DNA from: Thermoanaerobaculia bacterium
GTDB taxonomy: Bacteria; Acidobacteriota; Thermoanaerobaculia; UBA5066
Direction: 5' to 3'
Assembly: GCA_963719225.1 (NCBI GenBank)
Contig: CAVRAY010000001.1
Coordinates: forward strand, 1,440,001-1,504,000
DNA: 64,000 nucleotides
The notes below the pieces were generated by a model, which made no database searches, was not told the DNA's origin, and saw only the letters and a list, made by a program, of their open reading frames with translations. Positions 19,901 to 28,593 of this stretch are shown here, in pieces. Each line of letters starts with the position of its first letter. Position 1 is the stretch's first letter. Position numbers and translations under genes: made by a program.

Positions 19901-22900
19901 CCCCGCGCTGCCCCTCGTCCTCCTCGCCGAGTTCTCCTCCGTGAAGGTGGGCGGCGTCGCCCGCTTTCACCTCGCGTCGGGAATCAAGGGACAGGTTCTG
20001 TATCTCGACGTCTCCCGCGCGGGCAAGCTCGTCGAGCGCCGCATCCTCCGTGCGGGCACGGACGCCACTCTCATCGAGCGGACGATCACGGAGGAGGACC
20101 GGGGCGGCTTCGGGCTCACCTTGACGGCCGTGCGCGACCACCAGTTCCTCCAGCAGACGCAGAGCATCTTCGTGCCCTGGGACGACCGGGAATTGAAGGT
20201 CACGTTCGCGACGTTCCGCGACCGCCTTCGGCCCGGGCAGACGGAGACCTGGCGCGTCACCGTGAAGGGCGCGACGAAAGAGCACCCGCTCGCGGAGACA
20301 GCCGAGCTCCTCGCGTACATGTACGATCGCAGCCTCGACGTCTTCGCGCCGCACCGGCCGCCGAGCCCGCTTCACGTCCTCCCGAACCGCGCGAACCCCG
20401 TGACGTGGCGCGCGACTCTCGGCGCCGCCCAGCCGCTGTGGCTCACGAGCGGCGGCTTTCCGCCTCCGCCCTCGTGGGGCGGCCTCACCGTGGACCACCT
20501 GAAGTTCGAAGACGGATACGGCATCGGAGGCCCCGGCCGGCGTGGTGGCGTCGCGGGAAGGATGGCCCAAAACCAGGCCTATCCCGCCTCGGCGCCGATG
20601 GAGATGAAGGCGGCGACGGTCGCGGAGTCGCGGAGTGAGGTGGGCAACCTTCGCGCGAAGGACGAAGAGAAGGCGGTCGATTCTCTTTCTAAGAAGAAAG
20701 ACGCCGAGAGGGATCGCGAAGACTCAGCAGGCGCCGCACCGCCTGCAACCCTCCGAAGCAACTTCTCCGAGACGGCCTTCTGGCAGCCGCACCTCCTGAC
20801 GGGCGCAGACGGATCGGCCACGATCTCGTTCACGGTGCCGGATTCCGTGACGTCGTGGAACGTCTTCGTCCACGCCGTCACGAGGAGCCTGCGCGGCGGC
20901 TCGACGGAAAAGGAGACGCGGACGGTGAAGGACCTCATGGTCCGCCCGTATGTCCCGCGCTTCCTGCGCGAAGGCGACAAGGCTTCGATCAAGGTGGTCG
21001 TGAACAACGCCTCCGACAAGCCGCTCTCCGGGACGCTCGTGCTCGAGATCCTCGACCCGGACCGCAACACGAGCCTGAACGAGGCTTTCGGCGTCGGCGA
21101 TGGGGACGCGCAGAAGGCGTTCACCGTGAAGCCGGGCGGCGGAACGAACCTGACGTTCCCGGTGACGGCCCCGAGGGGGCTCCGAAACGCCGCGTTCAAG
21201 GTCACGGCGACCGCAGGCGACGTCTCCGACGGCGAGCTGCGACCCGTGCCGGTGCTGCCGGGCCGGATGCATCTCGTCCAGTCCCGGTTCGTCACGCTCA
21301 AGAACAAGGACAGGAAGACTCTTCGGTTCGACGACCTCGCGAGGAACGACGATCCGACGCTCCTGAACGAGCAGATGGTCGTCACGGTGGACGCGCAGCT
21401 CTTCTACACGGTGCTCCAGGCTCTTCCGTATCTCGTGAACTACCCGTACGAGTGCACGGAGCAGACGCTGAACCGCTTCGTGTCTACGGGCATCGTTTCC
21501 AGCGTCTACAAGGACTACCCGGCCGTCGCGAAGATGGCGGCCGAGATGTCGAAGAGGACGACGCCTGTCGAGAGCTGGGACGCCATGGATCCGAACCGGA
21601 AGATGGCGCTCGAGGAGACACCCTGGCTCGTGACGGCGCGCGGCGGCCGGACGGACATCGAGTCGATCAACGTCCTCGATCCGCGTGTCGCGCAGGCGAA
21701 CCGTGAATCGGCGCTCGCGCGCCTGCGCAAGGCGCAGACGTCCGTCGGCGGCTTTCCGTGGTTCCCGGGCGGCCCGCCGTCTCCCTACATGACGCTCTAC
21801 ATCCTTCACGGCTTCGCGAAGGCCGCGGAGTTCGGCGTGGACGTGCCGAAGGACATGACCCAGCGCGCGTTCGCCTACGTGGGCGAGCACTACCGGACGG
21901 AATGGAAGCGCTGCATGGCGCTGAACGGATGCTGGGAGTTCATCACATTCCTGAACTACGTCGTCTCGGCGTACCCCGACGCGTCCTTCTCGAACGGCGT
22001 CATCACGGAGGCCGAGCGCCGGGAGATGCTCGACTACTCGTTCAAGCACTGGAAACAGCACGCGCCCTATCTGAAAGGGTACCTCGCGCTGACGCTGAAG
22101 CGGATGGGCCGTCCGGCGGACGCCGGCCTCGTGTGGGCATCCGTGATGGACTCGGCGAAGACGAACGACGAGCAGGGCACGTTCTGGGCTCCCGAGGACC
22201 GCTCGTGGCTCTGGTACAACGACACGATCGAGACGCACGCATTCGCGCTGCGCACGCTCCTCGAGCTGGATCCCCGGAATTCGAAGATGGAAGGCCTCGT
22301 CCAGTGGCTGCTCCTGAACAAGAAGCTGAACCAGTGGAAATCGACGCGGGCGACGGCCGAGGTCATCTATTCGCTCGTCCACTACCTGAAGCGGGAAGGC
22401 GCGCTCGGCGTCCCGGAAGACGCCACGGTCACCGTGGGCACGCAGAAGGTCACGTTCACGTTCGACCCGGCCACGTACACGGGCAAGAACAATCGCGTCG
22501 TCGTGCCCGGCGACAAGATCGACCCGAAGACGACGTCCACGGTCGTCGTCGAGAAGGAAAGCAAGGGCTTCGCGTTCGCCTCCGCGGCGTGGCATTACTC
22601 CACGGAAAAGCTCCCGGCCGAGGATCGCGGCGACTTCTTCTCGGTCTCGCGGAAGTACTTCCGGCGCGCCACGAACGGGCGAGAGTTCGTCCTGACGCCG
22701 CTCGCGGAAGGAGCGGTGCTGAAGCCGGGAGACGAAATCGAGGTGCAGATCTCCCTCCGGACCAAGCACGAAGCCGAGTACGTTCACCTCAGGGATCCCC
22801 GTGCAGCAGGTCTCGAACCCGAGAACGCGGTCTCGCGCTGGAAGAGGGACCTCGGGATCGCCTGGTACGAGGAGACTCGCGACTCGGCCACGAACTTCTT

Positions 22901-23060
22901 CTTCGAGCGTCTGCCGGTGGGGCAGTACACGTTCAAGTACCGGCTGCGCGCGAACATGGCCGGCACGTTCCGCGTGGGACCCGCGACGGTGCAATCGATG
23001 TACGCGCCGGAGTTCAACGCCTTCTCCGCCGGAGCGATCCTCGTCGTCTCCGGAGACTGA
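16938..23060 (+). CDS. Bacterial alpha-2-macroglobulin family protein
   Basis: 2040 aa; YTDRSIYRP, EEYKRP, RSNFSETAFW, thioester YPYECTEQ, GPATVQSMYAPE. Confidence 0.93.
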   Translation: MKIAPRRLSFFGLGAAALAAAGAIALARPFSEGARATGGAATWKEVERLVSEQKLEEASQRVAKIREAARAAGDEENEAKALVREVQLRTALHGYETSVRFLKDQPWPKGLLPRTALRLFYAQSLVTYSRAYAWEIGQREKVASTGAVDLKAWTREEIVSEAVRTYVEVFRDRESLGNAKVAALDEYLVPNSYPKGIRDTLRDATAYLFVALLSDSTFWRPEQSNGVFALDRESLVAGDPSASRLVALENPAVHPLVKLGAVLDDLESWHAGRGEREAALEARLERVRRLHTALTDASDRSLIRRDLGRRLVDVADVPWWAMGKAELAELVKAEDKPGNFVKARSLALEGAKKYPRSTGGERCRAIVGEIEQPDYRLLAMAADGPGRRSIEVTHRNLAALHFRAYAVDLEDRLGRARDYNLLPQGKELDALVAKASPSAAFHADLPATPDFRLHRTFVTPPALSRGFYVIVASPRADFSTGQNPLRAVGTLVTDLVLDIRQTDDGGVEARAVSGTTGRPAGGAAVALWRYDWQSGHTRVATAHTSAEGLAVFSPAADRNGKSHFLFARRGDDLALDPTFLGFWSRSAPTETSSALVYTDRSIYRPLQKVLWKAVVFSGRADLARWRVVPQTPVTLTLVDANGQAVESKTISSNAYGSAAGEFTIPAGRALGAWSLRCATGGAAASIRVEEYKRPTFETTLDVPKDPLRLNRPATFRGGSKYYFGLPVTNGSVAWRVTREAEYPWWWWGWWGGSRPAGAETVATGKASLAQDGTFAVTFTPKADERAGKDVTYRYRLSADVTDEGGETRSADRSFRLGFVSVRARVEREKNFFLEGKRGEGTIVRTDLDGAPRPGKGSWRLLRLVSPEKTLLPAEFPSKKSEIADGPGEAGAAQNAADPARGSKEFLTPGDLLRPRWSTEYSVDQWLRAWKDGAQAASGALTHDAKGEAKLELPGLPAGAYRLRYATVDDFGAPYEMAQDFLVAGSSAAPALPLVLLAEFSSVKVGGVARFHLASGIKGQVLYLDVSRAGKLVERRILRAGTDATLIERTITEEDRGGFGLTLTAVRDHQFLQQTQSIFVPWDDRELKVTFATFRDRLRPGQTETWRVTVKGATKEHPLAETAELLAYMYDRSLDVFAPHRPPSPLHVLPNRANPVTWRATLGAAQPLWLTSGGFPPPPSWGGLTVDHLKFEDGYGIGGPGRRGGVAGRMAQNQAYPASAPMEMKAATVAESRSEVGNLRAKDEEKAVDSLSKKKDAERDREDSAGAAPPATLRSNFSETAFWQPHLLTGADGSATISFTVPDSVTSWNVFVHAVTRSLRGGSTEKETRTVKDLMVRPYVPRFLREGDKASIKVVVNNASDKPLSGTLVLEILDPDRNTSLNEAFGVGDGDAQKAFTVKPGGGTNLTFPVTAPRGLRNAAFKVTATAGDVSDGELRPVPVLPGRMHLVQSRFVTLKNKDRKTLRFDDLARNDDPTLLNEQMVVTVDAQLFYTVLQALPYLVNYPYECTEQTLNRFVSTGIVSSVYKDYPAVAKMAAEMSKRTTPVESWDAMDPNRKMALEETPWLVTARGGRTDIESINVLDPRVAQANRESALARLRKAQTSVGGFPWFPGGPPSPYMTLYILHGFAKAAEFGVDVPKDMTQRAFAYVGEHYRTEWKRCMALNGCWEFITFLNYVVSAYPDASFSNGVITEAERREMLDYSFKHWKQHAPYLKGYLALTLKRMGRPADAGLVWASVMDSAKTNDEQGTFWAPEDRSWLWYNDTIETHAFALRTLLELDPRNSKMEGLVQWLLLNKKLNQWKSTRATAEVIYSLVHYLKREGALGVPEDATVTVGTQKVTFTFDPATYTGKNNRVVVPGDKIDPKTTSTVVVEKESKGFAFASAAWHYSTEKLPAEDRGDFFSVSRKYFRRATNGREFVLTPLAEGAVLKPGDEIEVQISLRTKHEAEYVHLRDPRAAGLEPENAVSRWKRDLGIAWYEETRDSATNFFFERLPVGQYTFKYRLRANMAGTFRVGPATVQSMYAPEFNAFSAGAILVVSGD

Positions 23061-23092
23061 GTCTCGGGAATCCCGGGCTATGATTCCGGCGC

Positions 23093-25915
23093 GTGCCCGA
23101 ACCCTCGCCTCGGCCCGGCTCCCGCGCTCCGGGTGCGATCGCGTGGATCGTGCTCGCGCTCGGAATCTCCCTGACAGGCTATTTGTATCTCGAGTCACAC
23201 CGCCAGGCGGATGCGCGCGTCGAGGGCCGGCTGCAGCGGGCGGCCGCACGGATCCAGCGGTCTCTCCTGGCCCGTAGCGAAGCCAGCGAGAACCTCCTGC
23301 GCGCGGCGGCGGGCTTGTTCGTCGGAAGCGAGGCCGTGACCCAAGCCGAGTTCCGGATGTTCACCCAGGAGCTCGACTTCAAGCGGCGCGACGCGAGCGT
23401 GGAGTCCCTCGCGTTCCTCGGGGCTTCCGAATTCGGCTCTCCCGGCTTGGGCGCGGGTGCAACTCCTGCCAGCCGCAGGGCTCTCGAGGAATCCCGGGAT
23501 CTGGGCCTGATGCGAGTCGGGACGGTCGCGGTTTCTCCGACCGACCCACGCGCCGGGTCCGCGCTCGCCTTCCAGTACCCGATCTACGCGAGAGGAGCTC
23601 CCCGGGAGTACGTGACTGAACGGCGACAAGCATTGCAGGGTTGGGTTTCTCTCGTGGTGCTCCTTCGCCCGCTCATGTCGGAGGTGCTTCGGGAGGAAGA
23701 TCCCAACCTCATCGTGGAGCTCGACGACGTCGAGACCCCGGGCGCAGCGTCTCTCCTCTATTCCTCGGGCGCCGCAGCCGGTCCAGGCGTGGAGAAACGC
23801 CTTCGGCAAAAGGCGGTTGCCCTGGTGCTCGCAGGGCACCGGTTCAATCTCGTGTTCACGCCGGGTCCCGGCTTCGCACCCGACGGACCGAGCAAACGGT
23901 CATGGCTGCCGGCCGGGCCTTTCGCGATCCTGGGCGCCGGCCTGCTCGTGAGCGCGCTCCTGTTCGGCATCGTCTGGTCGCTCGCCTCCGCGCATGCCCG
24001 GGCCATCTCCATCGCGCGGGGCGTGACGGCCTCGCTCCGGGCCTCGGAGCAGCGCTATGAACGTCTCTTCGAGCAGAGCCTCGCCGGGATCTACCGCACG
24101 ACGCCCGAAGGCCAGATCCTCGAATGCAACGAGGCGTTCGCGCGCCTCTTCGGCTACGAATCGCGGCGGGACCTCCTCGATCATTCCGCCATCGCCCTCC
24201 ACGAGAGCCCGGATTCCCGGCAGCGATTCCTCGCGGCGCTGAGGGAAAAGGGAACGGTCGTCGCGCATGAGACGCGGGCCCGCCGAAAGGATGGAAGCCT
24301 GTTCTGGACGCTCGAGCATGCGTCTCTTCTCGCTGGGTCCTCCGGAAGTCATCGAAGGGACGATCGTGGACATCACGGAGCGCAAGGAGGCCGAGGAGGC
24401 GCTGCGGCTGTCGCGCGAGCGGTATCGAAGCGTCATCGAGTCGTCGCGAGACGGCCTTTTCTTCTTCGATCTCGCGACGCGGCGGGTTCTCGAGTCGAAT
24501 CCGGCATTTCAGCGCTTGCTCGGTTACTCAGCCGAAGAGCTGTCGGCACTGACCCTTTACGACTTCTCGCATCCGGATCGCGCCTCCGTCGACGCGAACA
24601 TCCACCGGCTCGCCGATCAGGGGAGGCTGACGATCCCGAATCGCGCCTTTCGGCGAAAGGACGGCACGGAGGTCAACGTCGAGATCGACGCAGTGCTCCT
24701 CGAGGAAGTAGGGGCGCCGGACCGTTCTCAACGTCGTGCACAATCTGGCCGGTCGGCAAGAGCTGGAGGAGCAGCTCCGGCAGGCCCAGAAGATGGAGGC
24801 GGTCGGACGGCTCGCGGGCGGCGTCGCTCACGACTTCAACAATCTCCTGACGGCCGTCCTCGGTTACGCCGAGCTCCTCCTCGACTCGGATCCCTCGCCG
24901 GACGTGAAACACAGCGCGGACGAGATCCGAAAGGCGGGAGAGCGCGCCGCCGCGCTGACGAAGCAGCTTCTCGCCTTCAGCCGCAAGCAGGTGCTCCAGC
25001 CGAAGGTCCTCGACGTGAACGAGGTGCTTGGCGAGGTCGACAGCCCTCCTGCGGCGCACGCTCGGCGAGGACGTGACGTACGAGACCGAGCGCGACCCGA
25101 GCCTCTGGCGCGTTCTGGCGGATCCGGTCCAGCTTCAGCAGGTGCTCCTCAACCTCGCGGTGAACGCCCGCGACGCGATGCCCGAGGGCGGCGTTCTCAG
25201 GATCGCGACGCGGAACGTGTCGCTTCGCTCCACGGACCTCCAGGAGGTTCCGAACGTCGCCGAGGGGGACTACGTGCTGCTCGAAGTTGCCGACACAGGG
25301 CACGGCATGGATGCGGAAACGAAGTCGCACGTCTTCGAGCCCTTCTTCACGACGAAGGAGAAAGGCAAAGGCACGGGCCTCGGACTTTCCACGGTGTACG
25401 GGATCGTGAAGCAGAGCGGCGGCTACATCCACATCGAGAGCGCGCCCGGGAAAGGGACGCGCGTGCTCGTCTACCTGACGCGCGTTCACGGCACCGCGGA
25501 CTCACCTTCGAACGTGACGCCGCGGTCCCTGCCGCGCGGGGGAACGGAGACGATCCTGCTCGTCGAGGACGAGGACTCCGTGCGCCGCCTCGCTTCCCTC
25601 CTGCTCGAGCGGAGCGGCTACCGCCTGCTCGTCGCCTCGAGCGCTGAGGAGGCGCTCGAGACGGCGCGCGCGCACGCGGGGCCGATCGAATTGCTCCTCA
25701 CCGACGTCGTCCTGCCGGGCATGAACGGCAGGCGTCTCGCGGACCTGCTGACGCCCGAGCGCCCGTCGATGAAGGTCGTCTTCGCGTCGGGCTACTTCGA
25801 CGAGCGCGGCATCCTGGAGCCGGGGAGCGACTTCATCCAGAAGCCTTTCAATCCCGAGACGCTCGCGCGGGCCGTCCGACGCGCGCTCGACCGCAAGGGC
25901 CCATCGCCGTCCTGA
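23093..25915 (+). CDS. Hybrid sensor histidine kinase CHASE-PAS-PAS-HisKA-HATPase-REC (about three frameshifts, probably sequencing errors)
   Basis: Consecutive in-order domain fragments in different frames; [36 protein letters not shown]. Confidence 0.85.
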
Positions 25916-26118
25916 CCGCCGTGCCGATGTGCCCGCTTCTTCTGAAAGCTGGCGGCGGCGAGGAGGAGGCCGTCGCGGTCGATCGCGGCGAGGGCGTCGC
26001 TCTCGGCGGGGGAGAGGCCGGCCGCCAGCGCACGGCCCGGCGGATCCTCCAGGAAGAGCGCGCGTTCGCCGTCGTCCGTGTAGAGGCGCGCCAGGTAGCC
26101 TTCGAAGGCGGGGCTCAC
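25792..26118 (-). CDS. Small putative MNIO partner protein
   Basis: FEGYLARLYTD...FLEDP...GLS; GTGA overlap with the DUF692 stop. Confidence 0.6.
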   Translation of the reverse strand: MSPAFEGYLARLYTDDGERALFLEDPPGRALAAGLSPAESDALAAIDRDGLLLAAASFQKKRAHRHGGQDGDGPLRSSARRTARASVSGLKGFWMKSLPGSRMPRSSK

Positions 26119-26985
26119 GCGGCAGCCTCCCGGCGAGCCCGGCCCGCGGCGAGCGAGGTCCGCGCTCGGGAGAGCTCGTCGAGGAGTTCTTCGAAAGGGG
26201 GATAGGCTCCGTCCCGCTCGAGAATCACAGTCAAGGGATGTGGCGCCAGCTCTCCGAGTCGTTCGAGGAGAGAGAAGACGGCCTCCGGCACGGGGTGCAC
26301 GTGGTCGTCGAGGAGACGGTGCTCGCCGGGCTTACCCGGAATCCCGACGCTCCGGCCCCCCGCAAGATGAACGGCCTTGACCCTCCGCATCGGGATACTT
26401 CTAAGAAAATCTTCTTCTCTTTCTTCCTCTTCTCCGAATCCAAGAGTTCCTCGCGTTCGCATGGAGGTTGTGAAGGTCGAGCAGGAGGTCAGTGTCTGCA
26501 GCTTCGAGCACGTCCGCGACGAACGCGGCCTCGTCGCGGTCGCTCCCGGGCGGGTCGATCAGCGTCGCGACGTTCTCGAGAAGCGGCGCGCTCCCCACGA
26601 CCGCGCGAGCCCGCGCGACGTTACGGACGGTCCCCGCGATCGTGGCCGCACACCGGGGCGGTGCGGCGAGATGGCCGATCTCGATCCCGCCGCCGCGGAC
26701 GAAAGCGAGGTGCTCCGACCAGAACACGGGCCGCGCGATCTCCGCGACGCGCGCGAAGGCGGCGAGTCGCCTTTCGTCCACACCAGCGGACGACGCGAGC
26801 CCGAGCGAGACCCCGTGGAGGACCACGGGGATCTGTGCGGACAGCGTCCGAAGGGCGCGCTGCTCGCGCGCGGGTCGCTCCGTCCAGTCCTCCGCGATCA
26901 CTTCGACGACGTCGAGCCGGTCCGCCGCGGCGAGGATGCGGTCCGCGAGCGGAGGCCGCCAGCCGATTCCGAAGAGGTCCTTCAC
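26115..26985 (-). CDS. DUF692 multinuclear non-heme iron oxidase (MNIO, MbnB/TglH/ChrH family); one frameshift near 26445
   Basis: GIGWR, HGVSLGL, WSEHLAF, LLEN, LLDLHNL then HLAGG, DDH, ILERD in the next frame. Confidence 0.9.
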
Positions 26986-26986
26986 C

Positions 26987-27841
26987 TCAGCCGCCGCAGC
27001 CTCCGCATCCGCCGCCACAGCCGCCCCCGCAGCTACTGCCGCACGACGAACCGCAGGACGAGCTGCCGGAGGAGGACGACGCCTTCGGATAGAGGCGGCG
27101 CGTCCAGGCGAACTCGCCCATAGGCAGGAGCGCGAGTCCGAAGACCGAGGCGAGGAGCGCGGCCTCTGCCGTCTGCGACCCCGCGCGGATCGAGCCGGCC
27201 CGCTGTTTCAGGCCCGAGAAGAGCACCTTCAGGTCGGCGAGGAGGCGGTCTCCCTTGCCCGTCCGCTTCGGGAACGCGGCCGCGGCTGTGAAGAAGGTGA
27301 AGACGAGCGTCAGGACGACCAGGAATCCCACGTTGTGCCGCCCCCGCCCGAACGCCTGTACGAGGCGCGCGCCCGTCACGACCCACAGCAGGCCGAACGC
27401 GATCCCGAACATCGCGAATCGACGAGGCGCATCCGCCTTCGAAGCGACGAGGCCGAGCTCCTGGAGCGACGTCTCGTACGGGCGGCAGGCCGAAAGGAGT
27501 GCGGAGCTCGTGAAGACGGACGTCGCCTCCGCGGGCGTTCGGAAGGCCTCGAGGATCGCGCTCTCGAGCGGGTTCGTCGACGTGGCGCCCTTTTTCGCCT
27601 GGACCTTCGTCTCGTCGGGCCGCAGGAGCTTGCGGTCGACGAGCGAGACGACCGCGACGCGAATCGTCTCGTTCGCGCCGCCGCGCAGGTATGCGATCGT
27701 GTAAGGGTCGGTGAGCGAGACCCGGGAAGGCTCCCCTTCCTCCGCGGCGCGGCGCGCGCGATTGAGAACCCACACCGTCAGGACTCCGAACGCGAAGTAG
27801 AAAAGGAGGAAGGGCGGGCCGGAGAGCGCGAAGGGGTTCAT
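26987..27841 (-). CDS. TIGR04222-domain membrane protein with Cys/Gly/Ser-rich C-terminal tail
   Basis: GPPFLLFY, PYTIAYLRGG, RT..G; tail SSSSGSSSCGSSCGSSCGGGCGGGCGGCGG. Confidence 0.88.
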   Translation of the reverse strand: MNPFALSGPPFLLFYFAFGVLTVWVLNRARRAAEEGEPSRVSLTDPYTIAYLRGGANETIRVAVVSLVDRKLLRPDETKVQAKKGATSTNPLESAILEAFRTPAEATSVFTSSALLSACRPYETSLQELGLVASKADAPRRFAMFGIAFGLLWVVTGARLVQAFGRGRHNVGFLVVLTLVFTFFTAAAAFPKRTGKGDRLLADLKVLFSGLKQRAGSIRAGSQTAEAALLASVFGLALLPMGEFAWTRRLYPKASSSSGSSSCGSSCGSSCGGGCGGGCGGCGG

Positions 27842-28593
27842 GGCGCGCGCCGGGCGCGCTCGCGAAGAAGTCTCGCGAGCTCGGGAAGGTTTGCGAGGAT
27901 CCGCTGCGCTTCCCCGGAAGCGAGGGGCCGCTGCTCGCGCACCGTGGAAAGGCTCTCGACGAGCGCGTTCCAGCCGTCGCCCGGAAGCGAAGCGGCCAGG
28001 GTGCGCAACGCTTCTTTAGGGCTTGAGACGGGCGCGCCTTCGAGCGTGAGGATCGAGGCGGCGGCCGCTCGCAACGGGCCCGCGAAACCCGCGACGGTCC
28101 GGGCGGCTTCGTCGTCGCTTCCGCCATGGAGCGCGTAGCCCTCGCGCAGCCGAAGAGTGAGGTTCAGGAGGGATTGGGCCAGCCGGCGCCGAAGCGCATC
28201 CACGGGAACCGCGAGTCCCGCGAACGAATCGGGGCCGTAAAGCACACGGCGCCGACGGGCGATGTCCGCGAACTTCACCGCGAACGCTTCCGCAGCATCG
28301 CCGATCTCGCTCTCGAGGAGGAACATGACCTCGAGCCGCGCCGCCGCCTGAGCCGCGCGGAGCGTCGGGCGGAGGGCGTCGATCGCGCCCGCGGGGACGT
28401 CCCTCAGGACGAGGACGAGGTTGAGGTCCGACTCGGGCCTCAGAGCCCCCTCGGCTCCGCTCCCGAACAGAACCGCGGACACGAGGCTTCCGCCCAGCGC
28501 GGCCCGCGCCGCCGGGAGGAAGTCGTCGAGCGCGCGAGAGGCCGGAACCGGAAGATCGGACGGGGAGGGCGAGGCAGGTGGTGTTTCACTCAT
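27838..28593 (-). CDS. Nucleotidyltransferase-domain protein (Pol-beta type)
   Basis: VSAVLFGS.A.G....SDLNLVLV; ATGA overlaps on both sides. Confidence 0.75.
   Translation of the reverse strand: MSETPPASPSPSDLPVPASRALDDFLPAARAALGGSLVSAVLFGSGAEGALRPESDLNLVLVLRDVPAGAIDALRPTLRAAQAAARLEVMFLLESEIGDAAEAFAVKFADIARRRRVLYGPDSFAGLAVPVDALRRRLAQSLLNLTLRLREGYALHGGSDDEAARTVAGFAGPLRAAAASILTLEGAPVSSPKEALRTLAASLPGDGWNALVESLSTVREQRPLASGEAQRILANLPELARLLRERARRAP

Noticed and set aside
23093-25915. Histidine kinase, DUF692 and DsbA genes as true pseudogenes
   Set aside because: Single-base indels with otherwise intact motifs match the error pattern seen in thrS; cannot be called without reads.
26987-27075. GCC/CCG-rich tract as a DNA microsatellite
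   Set aside because: Explained by the encoded Cys/Gly/Ser tail with varied codons.
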